This document shows positions 26,715-41,640 of a stretch of 64,000 nt of DNA, in pieces. Source of the stretch: the human T2T-CHM13v2.0 reference genome, Homo sapiens; assembly GCF_009914755.1 (NCBI RefSeq), contig NC_060926.1. One strand, 5' to 3'. Below the pieces are notes generated by a model that had not been told where the DNA came from, did no database searches, and was given only the letters and a program-made list of their open reading frames with translations. The first letter of the stretch is position 1. Every line of letters begins with the position of its first letter. The translations under genes were made by a program, and so were the position numbers.

Positions 26715-27327
26715 AATTCAATAGATGGATTTAACAGCAGAAGAAAGGATTAGTAAATTGGCAATTAGGTCAGCAGAAAAATAACCAAATTGAAGCAGAA
26801 GGAAAAAAGATTAAACACACATGTATGTACAAACAGAGCGAAGGAGACAGACAGAGAGAGAGGGAGAGAGAAGCATAAGAAAGATGTGGGACACAATGAA
26901 AAGAACCAACATAAATGGAATTTGAGTCCAAGAAGTGGAAAACAGAGAAATGGACAGAAGCCATGTCTGAGGAGATAAAACCCAAGAATTATATTAATAT
27001 ACAGATTCAAGGAGCTCGAGCAAAATTCAAACACAGAAAAACAAAGAAAACGATACAAAGGCACATTAGAGTAGAGCTCCAAAAAATCAAAGACAAGAGA
27101 AAAATTTAAAATAGCCAGAGGAAGGGAAAAAAGATACATTAAGGAGCAACAAGACCTAATCCACACAAGCAGTAGAAGCCAGAAGACAAGAGAAGGATGA
27201 AGATAAATGCCAAAATAAAATAACGGGTAGCCTAGAATTCTACAACCAGTGAAAATACCCTTACAAATGAAGGTTAACAAATATCTCAGGTGAATAAAAA
27301 CTGAGCGAATAGTGAATGTGTTGTCAA

Positions 27328-27732
27328 TGAGTGGATAAAGAAAATGTGGTATATATACACCATGGAATACTACACAGCCATTAAAAGGAACAAAATAATT
27401 TATTTAACAGCAACTTGGATGGGGCTGGAGGCTGTTATTCTAGGTGGAGTAACAGGAGTGGAAAACCCAATACATATGTTCTCACTTATAAGTGGGAGCG
27501 AAGCTATGAGTATGCAAAGGCATACAGAGTGATAAAATGGACTTCAGAGGCTCAGAAGGGGGAGGGTGGGAGGGAGACCAGGGATTTTTTAAAAATACAC
27601 ATTAGGTACAATGTACACTACTGGCAGGACAGGTGCACTAAAATCTCAGAATTCACCACTATATAACTCACCCATGTAACCAAAAACCACGGGTACCCCA
27701 AAAGCTATTGAAATTTTTTTAATTAAAAAAAA
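27328..27732 (+). mobile_element. 5'-truncated L1P (L1PB-like) 3' end
   Basis: GGATAAAGAAAATGTGGTATATATACACCATGGAATACTA...TTCTCACTTATAAGTGGGAGC...CAAAAGCTATTGAAA. TSD GTGTTGTCAA at 27318-27327 and 27733-27742. Confidence 0.88.
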
Positions 27733-28074
27733 GTGTTGTCAACATAGACACACTAAAAAAAATACTTTAAAGGGAGTTTACTCAGACAAAACAATCCAAG
27801 TTAGAAGAACAGCAATGCAGAAAGCAATAGAGAGCAAGAAATGGTACATATGAGAGTACACTGAAATGCACATAGTCTATTTCAAACAATAAACATAAGA
27901 ATGTCTTATAGGATTTCAAATACGTAGAGAAAAAAAAGCACAACCAAACTAGCGTAACAGAAGAAGAGAGTTAGGTAAATGGAATCAAAGTTGTATGAGG
28001 TTCCTGTATCACCCAGAAAGTGGTGAAATTATTAATTGAAGGGTAGATTCTGTTAAGACATATGGTAAATCTCT

Positions 28075-28620
<546 letters not shown>

Positions 28621-30043
28621 GGTAATACTAAACAAATAATAAAAGAATGTATAACTTACAACCTAATAGAGGGAGGAAATAGAATAATAAAAAACAATTA
28701 AAAGAAGGCTGCAAAGAGAAAAATGGAAGAAAACTAGATAGAACAAATATAAAACAAATAATAAAATCATAGAATGAACACCAAAAATATCAGGAATGTA
28801 TTAAAATTTAACTGGACTCAATAATCCATTAAAGTAAAAAGATTGCCAGACTATAAAAACAAAACAAAACAAGAAGACTCAGCTATATGTTACTTACAAC
28901 AGACAGAAACAGAAACAATTTGCCATGAAAACACTAACGAAAAGAAAGCTGGCTTAGCTATACCGATATCAGACAAAGCAAGACTGTAAGGCAAGAAGTA
29001 TCTCCAGAGATAAAGAGGAGCATTTCATAATGACAAAAAGCCAATTCAGCTGGAAGATTCGATAATCTGAAGTTTGTATGCACCTAAAAACACAACCTAA
29101 AACGTGCAAAGCAAAAACTGACAAAAATAAAAGGAAAAGCACATCCATTATCATAGTTGAAGATTTCAAATACATCTTTCAGTAACTGATAGAATAAACT
29201 TTCAGACAATAAATCAGTAAAGATACAGACTTGAACAACATGATAAACAAGGGTGACCTTAGTGACATATACAGAACACGGAGCCCAGCAATAACGGGAT
29301 TACATTCTTTTCAAGTATGCATGGAACATTTAATAAAATAAGTCATATTCTGAGTCATGATGCAGATTTCAGTACATTTCAAAGGGCTGAAATCATACAG
29401 AGTATGTCCTCTTACAAGTGTGAAAATGTAGTAAAAATTAATAGGAAACATTCTTTAAATCCCCAAATGTTTGAAAATGACTAAATAACACTTCTAAATA
29501 ACCCATGTTTCAAAACAACAAATCGGAAATTTACAATTTTAATGGAAATTAGAAAATATTCTGAACTGAATAATAATGAAGAACCAACATGTTAAAACTT
29601 GTAGAATAGAGTTGAAACTGTGTTTAAAGGAATAATGTATACCTTAATTACGTATTTTAGGAAAAAAAGAATGAGAGAAAATCATTGATTTAGTGACCAT
29701 TTCTAGGAGCTAGAGAAGAACATCAAATTGGGACAAATAAATTAGAAGGAAAAAAATAATAAAAATACAAGCCAAAAAATGAAATAAACATAAAATAGAA
29801 AAAAAAATCAACAGAGCCAAAAATCGGTTCTTTGAAAAAACTAATACAATTTACAAATCCCTCAAAAGACTGATCAAGAAAAAAGAAGGAATGAACTACT
29901 AATATAAATCATGAAAAAGGTGCCATCACTAAAAATCCACACAAGCATCAAAGTGGCAATCAGATGATGTTCTGAACAACTTTGTGCCCCAAAATTTGAC
30001 AATTTAGATGAAATAGACCATTTCTTTTTTAAAAAACACACAC

Positions 30044-30533
<490 letters not shown>

Positions 30534-31091
30534 AGAATTAGAAAGTCTTTATCATCCTATCCACTAAAGCTGAATATTGCATTGCCGTGATCCAGTGATT
30601 CAATCTGATAAACGACTACCGAGACATACTGAATATGCCCTGAAATGTTCTTAGCGAAACTGTTTCTAAGAGATTAAAAAACACTGGAAGCTACCCAAAT
30701 GTTCATCAATAGTAAAAACATTAAATATATCATGGTGTACTCATGCAGTGGAATACCATACAACAATGTAAACACTGAACTACTCCTCTAGGCAACAACA
30801 CAGATGAATTTCACAGATACTAATGTTGAATGAAAAAAGCCAGATACAAAAAAAAAATACTGTGTGATTCCATTCATGAAGCAAAACTATTTTGATGAAA
30901 GGCAGATGTCAGTTACTTTGTGGAGGTAATGAGTTGGAAGGGTATAGGAAGCCTTGGGGATGTGGGTGATGTTATGTATCTTGAAATGAGTTTGTCCACT
31001 CTGTAAACATTTATCAGGCTATACTCTTAAAATTGTGTACTTTTCTGAGTATATGATAATGTCAACTTTTTAAATTTACAAATAAATATTA

Positions 31092-31499
<408 letters not shown>

Positions 31500-34415
31500 T
31501 TATAAATAGAATTTGAGAGCACTTTAAAAGCTTGACTCTTGGATCACATTTTTCCCAATACTCGATTGGAAGAATGATTCCCCTCCTGCTTGGGAAGAGA
31601 CAGTTCTCTATATCTGTTGACCTACAGTGTAAGGAGGATAAAGTGTGAGATTAGGAGGAAGGGGATTTGACCTCCATCTAAGAAGCCATATCAGAAGGAT
31701 TCACCCATGAAAGCAGCGGAGTCCCCAACAGCGAATCCAGCAACAGATTCTCAACTTTCTGACTATTGGGTTTTCTAAAATGGGTATTTATAATACAATA
31801 GACACCATCTTAGCACTCATTATTCAGTGTACCCTTCACCTCTAAGAGTTTGGATGATTGAATGGTGCCTTTCATGCCAGAGGGGTGACTGCTTTTGCAA
31901 AGGCATCAGATTGGGGTACTTTTCACCAGAGAAATCCTTCCTCCAGTGAATCAAGAGAGAAAAGAGAATCCGAACGAAAATGAATACATTAAATTTTAAA
32001 GACAAAAAGGTAAAGCATGGCAAAAAGTTTTTGCCATGGTTTTCCCATACCTAGATTTACTTTGTTGACTGAAGTAGTGTTGTGGGTGTAAGTGATTTTT
32101 TGAAGAGCAAATTAAAAAGACTTTTTATATGTCCCAATAGACAACAACATGGGTTAGCTAATGGCATTGTCATCTCTAAGATAATTACTTTTGTAATAAT
32201 CTGTTTATTAATAAAGTGATCTGCAAAATAGATAATGGTTTCTTAGGATTTCAGGCACACAGATCCTTCCTTCTGCACATTTTGCTTTGTCTTGCAAAAG
32301 TATATCATGAAGCAACTCAAAATTTGCTGACAGATTTTCTTAAGTACAACAGTTTCAGAAATGCATGCTCAAGTAGGTTAAATATGCCCACATTCATTGG
32401 ATTGTGCCCTTAAATTATTCTGTCTGGTAATGGAAATGTTTTAAAGCTGGTTGTGATGGCTGCACACCTCTGTAAATTTACTAAAATTCATCGAGTTGCA
32501 CACATAAAACAGATGAATTTTATGATATGTAATAATTCAATAAAGGTGTCTTTTTAAAAAAGGAAATCAATTGAACATTTAAAAAAATTATTTCCTCTGT
32601 TTCCCCATCTTGTTACGGCAATACTGAGTGTTGAGAAAGAAACATTTCAGGGAAAGATAGCAACTACACAAATGCTAATTAGATGCAAATATGGAGAAAG
32701 AAGATTCAAGAGTCCTAGTGGCCCACAAGTTGAACAATGAACACAAGTCAGCAGCAGAACGTTATCCTTTCTGCTGTTTTGTGTTTTTTTTAGAACATGT
32801 TCCCTTTCAGGACATGTTCTAAACACAGTATCTTTTATGCCTTAACACCAGAGATTTGGCATAAAAATGGAGCCTGGGTACTCCCAAAGTCAGTACATAG
32901 TTTAATACTTATTCTCACTTATTACTTGTTACTCTTGCTACTTCTTTTATCTTAATTAAATACCACCCTGTTCAGTTCTTATGTTGTCTGTGTAAAGGTT
33001 AGTATCCACAGGCATGTGGACTTGAGGACAGGAATCATATTGTATTCTTCCTTGTACCCGGAGTCAGTGAGAGCACCTGGCCAGAAAAGGCCCCATTTCT
33101 CTCCTTCCTGGTCCAATGCCTGGCAAAAAGAAGATGTTCAAAAATGTTCATTTCCTTCCTTTCTAGAATTTAGGTGCTCCATCAACACCAAACCTATAAT
33201 ACAGACTTGATAAAAGAGGCCATGGCACTTCCGTGTGGCCCATAGAGGAAGCATCAGCTCAGGAGGGTCAGCGTGGTCCCTGCAGTTGAATAGGATCTGA
33301 ATCCAGTGGACAGGAGGCCCTTTCACTTCTCTCCAGCCATCCAGCCATTCCTTGCATCACAGTCAGTTCACAGCCCCCAACCCCAGGCAAGCCCTTCCTG
33401 CGCCCTGTGGACTCTTTCGTCCACCTGCTAGATTCTGGCAGACTCTTCCTGGTGTCACAGTGACCCCTCCACCTGTGCCTGAGGCTCTGTCCAACAGGCT
33501 TTGCGCAGCCCACATCCAGCTCAGCTTGGACGCAGGGCCCAGCCCAGTCCAGCCCAGCACAGAGAGAATTGTGCCTCAGCTGGAGGGTGGATGGTGCTCT
33601 GTGGTTCCAAATGGCCAAGGCTGGGAACACTGGAAGGACAACCACAGAAGAGATGTGACACACTCACTGTCCCAGCCACTTGCTCACTGCCCACCTCAGT
33701 AGGACCTCCTAAGCTCCAGGAGAAGTGGGGGCTTCAAACGGATCTGTGCTTTTTTATGTCTGCCCAGGGCCTAAATGCCATCATCCCAGAGCCTGGCATC
33801 ACTGTTCCTGCTGCCTGGCAGAATCAGTAGGTTTTTAACCTGCATTTCTGGAATCTTTTTACATTATCCCTGACAACTCTGTTACTTTGGGTTAAAAACA
33901 AACTTTAGCAGCTGTGTAACCTTTAGTCTACAAAGATTGTCAGATCCAAATCCAGAAAATAACACTGCTTCAAACTCCTGTAGCTGAGAAGGCCCAAGGT
34001 GACAAAATCCAGGAGGGGAGAAAGCTGTTAGCTGAGGATGCTAAGGAGAGAACAGGGGGAGGCCAGCTACATTTCATATTAGCCAGAAATGTCTGACTTA
34101 TGTTACATTTTGGAAAACACAGGCTGCAATAATGTCACCATTAAATTAACACCATTAAAGAAAAGCGATTATTAGTGCTTAGAGTTATAGACTCTAATAA
34201 TAATAATAACACACACAGTATAGCATCCGAGTGGTTAAGGGTCTGGCTTTGAGAGTTACATCCAGATTCGAATCCCAGTCTCACCATTTTATGGCAATGC
34301 TGTGTGTTTACCTAACTTCTGTGTGTCTCTGTTTCTCTATTTGTGAAGTGGAAATGATGCCCAACTCTTCAAGGTAATGAGGGATTAAATGAATGGAAGT
34401 GAAACTCAAAGGACT

Positions 34416-34885
34416 TGCAGTAGACAGAATACCAGCCCCTCAAACATGTTGTCTTCCTAATTCCCCAAAGCTGTGTATATGTTACCTTATATGGCAAAAG
34501 GAACTTTACAGATTTGATTAAATGAAGAGAGGGACCTAGATTATCTGGGTGGACCTAGCATAATCAGAAGGGTCCTTCTGAAAGGGAGGCAGGCAGTTCA
34601 GAGTCAGAGATAGCAATGCCATGGCAGAAGAGAGGTCAGAGAAAGAGTTAAAGACACTTTGCTGCTGGCCTTGAAGACCAAGGAAGGAGCCAAGAGCCAA
34701 GGAGTGCAGGCAGCTCCTGGCAGCTGGAAAAGGCAAGGAAAGCCTCCTAGAGCCTCCTGAAGGAACACAGCCCTGCAGATGCCTCGATCTTGGCCTCTGG
34801 TTTCCAAAACTGTAAGATAATCCATGTATGTCGCTTTAAGCCACGATTTTGGGGTAATTTGTTACAGGAGCAAAAGAAAACTACA
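34416..34885 (+). mobile_element. MaLR LTR (MLT1C/D-like) next to or within a MIR (34225-34400)
   Basis: TATGTTACCTTATATGGCAAAAGG...GGAAAAGGCAAGGAAA...TTTAAGCCAC...TAATTTGTTACAG, ending CA. Confidence 0.8.
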
Positions 34886-35639
34886 TGGGGCTTTGAGCCT
34901 ACTTCAGCACAGCGCCCAGCACATTCTACGATGTCTCCAAGGGCAGCCAGAGCTAGTAGCTACTAATAGTGACATTAGCGATTCCTTTGTGACCAAACAC
35001 CCATCAGAGGCCTTCAGCTCTTCCAGGGGACTTTCTCCTCTCCACTCGGTCATCTCCACTGACAGGCGCTCCCACCCCAAGAAGCTCCTCTGTTTTAGGC
35101 AGCTGCGAGATGGGTACAGAACGGTCACTCTGGGGTAGACCTGAAATTTGCCTGCTAGGGCTTTCCCGAAACCAGGGCCCCTCTGCTAATGACATGCCTT
35201 CGGATAACTGCATGCAGGTCTCAGAGGCCTAACCCCAGAGGCTTCATACCTAAACTCTGAGTTTTCTCACCTTCAGACTGACCTCTTGCAGTTCCTTAAA
35301 CGTTTCTCACATGACAGGATTCAGAGCTCCCTCCCTGAGACACATCGCTCGTCTTCCTCTCCACACTCTCAGGCATCTCACAAAAGGGAACTCACCACCA
35401 AATGCCACATTCCAGGTGTAAAGAGCACCTCTTTCATGCTTCCCTCAATTTAACCCAAGACCACATTGGGCTTAGAGCAGCTGAACAACGTGCCGCATTA
35501 CTGTCAGCTGAGATTCTTGTTTTTTACTCTCTGCCAGACGCTTTTGCCTCTTGGCCCTGCACTCACACAGGGACTGTTTGGACTGGAGCATCTGACCCTA
35601 CCGTTTCTCTGTTTCATCTTATATCATTACATTTAGCTT

Positions 35640-36360
35640 AGCACTGTAGTCTTTGGGCCCTGGTGTGTCAACAAAAGTATTCTCTGCATGTCACCTCAAA
35701 ATGTGTTAGGTATTAACTAAGTCATCTATGTCCACACACTAATAAAAATATCAAATGCGACACGCGACGACGACTGTGCCTTCAACTAGAAATTTACTTC
35801 CGCAAAGACATTGACTAGCATCTTTGGGAATGGCCACAAAAACAGTTCTAAATCCACCTAATAGGCATGCTGGTCTGCAGCTGAAATTACTTCATCTCAT
35901 GCACGAATTTATCATGAGATTCCTTGGCAGATACCAAGCCGAGGTGTGCTTTGTCTCTACCATAGCTAACACAATTCCCTGACATAATAATCTAGCAAGC
36001 CTACCACGAAACTGGGAATACAGTTACCTTGTCGTGGCTTGCTCTTAAAGAACCCACACAGGCTTCTAGAGGATTCTGCTCCATTTTTCACGTACTCACA
36101 GCTCAGCCTTAAGTAGTCTGATCAGGGAATTTAATGAGGATGGATAGGATAGCCCCACTTTTGTAGTTTGCAGAAGCTTTCCCCCTCTTTACTAATCAGA
36201 GCTATATTTTGCCATTTCTAGCGTTCCAATTTCTTTCACAGTCTCCATGTTCTGTAAAGATTATCAGCAGAGGCTTTACAGCTTCAGAGGCGAGTTCTCT
36301 CTACTCCCTGGAGTGTAATTTGTCCTGGCCAGGAGACTTGAGCTCATTTACGGCAGCTTG
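35640..36360 (-). mobile_element. CR1/L3 LINE reverse-transcriptase relic
   Basis: The minus strand near 36350 translates NELKSPGQDKLHSRE*RELASEAVKPLLIIF, like the CR1 ORF2 motif KSPGPDGLHPRVLKELA..I..PL.IIF. Confidence 0.75.
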
Positions 36361-36646
36361 GTGCTGTTAGAATCTTTTCACTCATCTAGAGCTTCAATTT
36401 TCTCTTACCAAAGTTTTCTTTTTCTTTTGAGTCAGTAGATTGTTCTCCTTGGCAGACAAGAAGGGGGCAGAGTTCTGCTCCCTTGCTGTCATTCTAAAAT
36501 GCAAATAGCGTGGTGTTCCTTGGTCAGCGTTAAATCCTTGGGTGGCTGGCTCCCCTTGGCTTTCAGCAGTGATTCTCAAACTCCCCTGGAGTACTTGTTA
36601 AAAAAGCAGATTCTCCAAATCTCCTCTCAGAGGCTGTCAATTGCCA

Positions 36647-37090
36647 TGTTAGCCAGGGTAAAACTAGCTGTTAAAACAAATCCAAAGATGTACGGAGTCT
36701 CAAACATGATAGAACTTCTCATTCTCCTAAAGCCCAATAATGAGTGTTCCGAATTAGTGGGTGGTCATCTCCAAATAGTAATTCAGGGATTCAGGGTTTC
36801 CTCAATTTTTGTTGCTCTGCCACCTTCAACATGGGGCTTCCAAGATCCCTGCGCAAAAACATAAAGAGAAGGAAAAGTGTATGGAGAAGGTGCAGGGCAA
36901 TTTTAATGGCTCAGGTCTGGAAATGGCAAGCATTAGCTGCATTCACATTCTATTGGCTAGATCTCAGTCACATGAGTGCACCTACCTGCAAAGGAGACTA
37001 GAAAATTGTCTAACTGCCAGGATGCTGGGAGATGTAGTCTCACTCCAAAGGACGCTGGGAAATGTAGTCAAGCTCAGGAAGAAAAGAGAG
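36647..37090 (-). mobile_element. MaLR LTR (MLT1J-like), flanked by MER5-like pieces
   Basis: CACATTCTATTGGCTAGATCTCAGTCACATG...CTGCAAAGGAG...GGGAAATGTAGTC. MER5-like CAGTGATTCTCAAAC (36567) and CTCCCAGGAGATTCTGATG (37155). Confidence 0.6.
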
Positions 37091-38127
37091 TTATGCTGAG
37101 CAGTCTGCCCATATGGACATAAGATAAGGCTTAAGAAACTGCATTTTCATGAACCTCCCAGGAGATTCTGATGTAAGACCCCATTTTGACCAACACTGCC
37201 GTGTCCACTCCCAGTACAGGCACCCAAGGCCTTGCGAAGTGGGTTCCACAGTTCTCCCCAGCCCTGTCTGCACCTCCACCTTGCTCTAATCATATAAAAC
37301 ACTAGCAGCTCCCCAGCCTGCCAGGCTACTTCACGCCTCTGTGCTGGGTGTCTCCTTTTTCTCTGCCCTTTCTCCCTTGGTTCACTTGGCGAATTCCTGC
37401 TGATCCTTTGAGACTCAGTTCAAGTGTAATCTCTTCGACCAGGTCATCCCTGACCCACCTGCCCCAGGTAGCACTGCAGAGCCTTTCCTCGTGTCCCTGA
37501 CCTTCCTGGCCAGAATCTCATTATGGTATTGATTATGCTGAATGGCATTTTGCATTTGCGTTCCCATTTGATTGGGAGACCTTTGAGGGCAGTGACCTTT
37601 CCTTTGTGTACTCTGCACTTCACACCTTGCCTGGTACATCGTGGTTGTCAGGCAGTCAGGAAGAGCTGGCGCCACAGAAACTGACCACAATCACAGAGCA
37701 GTTCCTTTCTTGATTTTCTGCCCATGTCAAAAAAAAAAAAAGCTTTTTTTGGTTGTTGTTATCCTTACAATTTCACTGCCTTAATTTATTAGACCTAATT
37801 AGCAAACTAGGCTTGTGTGACTCTGCTACACCTATCGCTCCTTGTTTTCCCTTTTGCCAGCTCTACTCAAAGTTGAGCTTCTCCAGGAGCTGCCCTGGTC
37901 TCATCAGCAACCTGTTCCCACCTTACTATTTCTCTTCAAGTGCACTGGCAATTTACACATTTGGAATTCTACCAGGAGTTCTCCCACCTTCTTGAGCCAT
38001 CTCTCTTCTTTTTGGAGTCTCATGTCCTCTGATTTCTTGGGGACTGTCAGAAGCCTGAATTACTGAAATCTGGGAAATACGTCCTGTCATCCTTCCATTG
38101 TCTAGAAATCATGGAATCTAAGATGAT

Positions 38128-38593
38128 TGTTGAGGTAGCCAGCCTCCAAGATGGCATCCAATGATCCCTACCTCCTGGTGTTCACAGTCTGTGTCCTTTC
38201 TCACAGTAAACCAGGGTCAATTGTGTGGTCAGTCCACGATTGGGCTCACTCTCTTACTCTCTCATACGCTCACTCTCCTTCATCACTTGCTGCTCAGGCA
38301 GAAACCAGGTAGCCCTGTAAAGAGAGCCACATGGCAAAGAACTGAGGCCTCTAGCCAACAGTCATGCGAGTAAACTTGGCATTGAATCCATGAGCCCCAG
38401 TAGAGACTCGAGATGACTGTAGCCTCAGCTGACGTCTGACTGCAACTTTGTGAGAAACACGGAGCCGGGACCACCCAGCCACACTGCTCTTCGATTCCTG
38501 ACCGTCAGATAGTGTGTGAGGTAATAAATCTTGTTTGTTTTAAGCTGCTAAGTTTTGGGTAAATTTGATAGGCAGCAATAAATGACTAATACA
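38128..38593 (+). mobile_element. MaLR LTR (MLT1F-like)
   Basis: CAGCCTCCAAGATGG...GAACTGAGGCCTC...TTTTAAGCTGCTAAGTTTTGGG...AATGACTAATACA. Confidence 0.8.
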
Positions 38594-39152
38594 GTTGGGC
38601 TTCTTTCATTCATTCTCATCTTATCTTTCAGTCTCCTTTAGGTCAGACTTCAGCAGCATGTAAGATGCAGCCATCATCTAGGAATGCCCGGAGCTTCCCA
38701 GAGCAAGGCACTGTTCAACTTCCACTCTGGTTTTGAGACAGATGAAGCTTTAACCTTCATCTAGCCAGACTCCCTCCTACTACGTGTCTGCATGAAAATT
38801 ATTGCATATTTAAATATGTACATATTTACATATAAAAATATGTAATATTGTTAAATATTACTAAATATTTAAAATAAAAAGAAACAAGAAAAATAGAGTT
38901 TTAAGCAGTGTCTGTTGCATAGTAAGTGCTGAACTACTATCTGCTTTTGCTGACATTGTCATCATTCGTACATCATTATTTCATGTACTGTCGCCCCAAT
39001 TCACCGTTCCATTGCTTTTGAACAACACATATACATCAACTGCCACACGTCAATTTTAATTCCCAGTAAAACTGGCCTTGAGTATAATGATAAGTCACAG
39101 CTGTACCCTTTTAAAATCTCAAATTCAGTTTAATTGAATTTACCTGTAGACT

Positions 39153-39442
39153 GCCAGGCACAGTGTCTCAGACCTGTAATCCCAGAACTTTGGGAGGCCG
39201 AGGCAGGTGGATCACTTAAGACCAGGAGTTCGAGACTAGCCTGGCCAACATAGAGAAACCCTGTCTGTACTAAAAATTAGCTGGGTGTGGTGGCACACTC
39301 CTATAATCCCAGCTACTCGGAAGGATGAGTCACAAGAATTGCTTGTACCCAGAAGCAGAGTTTGCAGTGAGCCAAGATCGTACCACTGCACTCCAGGCTG
39401 GGCACAGAGTGAGACTGTGTCTCAAAAAAAAAAAAAAAAAAA
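39153..39442 (+). mobile_element. AluS SINE
   Basis: Full dimer with A tail. TSD TTTACCTGTAGACT on both sides. Confidence 0.92.
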
Positions 39443-41344
39443 GATTTTACCTGTAGACTGGTATAGAAATATCTTAGATTTCAAATCTTGTTCTGACTCT
39501 TTCCTAAAGCTGCCTATTCTCCTATTTAAATTCTGAGTGTATCTAGTGAAATTTTACATTAGCCAGAACTCTCTAATTTTGAAGTTGTCCTGAAGCCATA
39601 TCGACATTATTGAGGGTTTAGACTTTAACTAAAAAATACTCATTGCATTCTAGGAAAATTCACAGCCACCTAAAGGAGATGTGTCTGATTCGCAATCATT
39701 TTCCTGAATCTGCAATAAATGAATCTACAAAGGATTGAAATTTTTTTAACGAAAATTGTCTGGTAAATATTTTTAAGGGTTTGAGAGCAGTGAAAAATGT
39801 TAACAGGCCTACAGCATTATACTTTTCCACAGTTAGCATTTGTTTCCAAAAGTCTAGAGGAGAAACCTTTTATCTCAACAATACTACATTCTTCCATTTG
39901 TAATAGTCTCTGATTTTTAAGTAGTTACTATTCAAACCATTTTATAACCTGATAGAAATGTTCCTTCCTTTCTACAGTCAGGTAACCCGGCATATTTGCA
40001 CTATTTTCCTTAGAGCCTAATTGTGGCAAACCATTCATCATGAGTGCCTGAGGCCTCTACCTCATCACCTGTCCTGTTTCATTCCTAAAAGCCTTCTTTT
40101 GCCCCGTGTTTTAACCTGTGAGTTAACCTGTGAGTTGCTCAAGGCCTCTTGGAAGTAGCTGGGTGATACATCTTAAATAAATGAAAATAAATTAGTGTGT
40201 TTCTGACCAGTTGGATGTGAACTGAATTTCCAGTAAATCAGCCACAGATTAAGTATCTAAGGGAATAGGTTCACTCAAGGGAAGCCCATGAATCCTTTTG
40301 TGATGCAAACTAGAAAATCCTTCTGCTTTACAATTTTGAATTTTCATATATCATATTTTCTTACAGTAAGGTGCACCTGGACCAGATGGTGGCTTGTATC
40401 ACAGACTTTAGGCTATTTTTAAGACCCTCGGTAAATATTCAGCAGGTACCCTGGTGAAATCATCCCTTCCTTGTCACCCTCTGTTCCCTGGGCATGAAGC
40501 CTCAGCAATGCTGTTAACATTCATGTTTCCACTGGGTGTGGTCTCATAAATGTTTCCTCCTGGACCCCTCAGCACAGAAAGTGTGTGCAGCTTCACAGAT
40601 TCTGGTAGGGGTGAACATGAAGAGGAGATACAGATTTACATAGTCCAGAGGACCCAAAATAGCTGAAACCACTAGATACTTCACACTGCAAACCGAGGTT
40701 AATCTCAGACTCTGAGGCTGCATGAAACTTGACCCCCAACACTTCCATCTCCAGGGAGAATAGAGAATGTGTGTCTTGGAAGACAGGCTGTCATTTGCTT
40801 GTGACCGTGACAGGCTACTTCAGCTGTGGGGCGGGGGGGGGGGGGGAGTACGGTGATTACCAGTAACACCTGAGACAGAGCCCTGGACCCAGGCGTGTTC
40901 AATAAATAGCTGATGAAAATGAGATTCACTGCCAAGTCACCACGAGGTCATCCTGTCTCCTCCTGCTGTGCTCCCCCTGTAGCCCATGTGGACTGGGTCC
41001 CCTCTCAGGCTGCCTGGGTCCCAGCAGAGGGCAGAGGACAGTGGAGGGTCCCTGTCCTGGGGACGGTCAAGGCAGAGCAGTCACCACCTGTGCTGGGTGA
41101 GTGGTCACTGGCCTTCCTCTGGCCCAACTGGGGGCTCCAAAATGACCATAATTACAAACCTGATACTGGCCCTACGTCCTACCAAAAACCCAGAGGGAGA
41201 TGGAAACAGTGGCACTGATGGATTCTAGAGTTGAACAGGAGGTAGGTGGGACCTTTACCTCTTTTTTCTTAAAAACAGCTTAAAAATACATTTATGCCAA
41301 GAGCTATCAGGGCTCAATCCTCTCTCAAAAGTCTCCTGAATTTT

Positions 41345-41640
41345 GGCCGGGCATGGTGGCTCAGGCCTGTAATTCCAGCACTTTGGGAGGCAGAGGCAGG
41401 CAGAACACTTGAGGTCAGGAGTTCAAGACCAGCCTGGCCAACATGGTGAAACCTCATCTCTACTAAAAATAAAAATAAAAATTCGCCAGCGTGGTGGCAC
41501 ACACCTGTAGTCTCAGCTACATCGGAGGCTGAGGCAGGAGAAATCTCTTGAACTGGAAGGTAGAGGTTGTAGTGAGCCAAGATCATGCCATTGCACTCCA
41601 GCCTGGGTGATAGAGTGAGACTCTGTCTCAAAAAAAAAAA
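41345..41640 (+). mobile_element. AluS SINE
   Basis: Full dimer. Perfect TSD AAAAGTCTCCTGAATTTT (41327-41344, 41637-41654). Confidence 0.93.
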
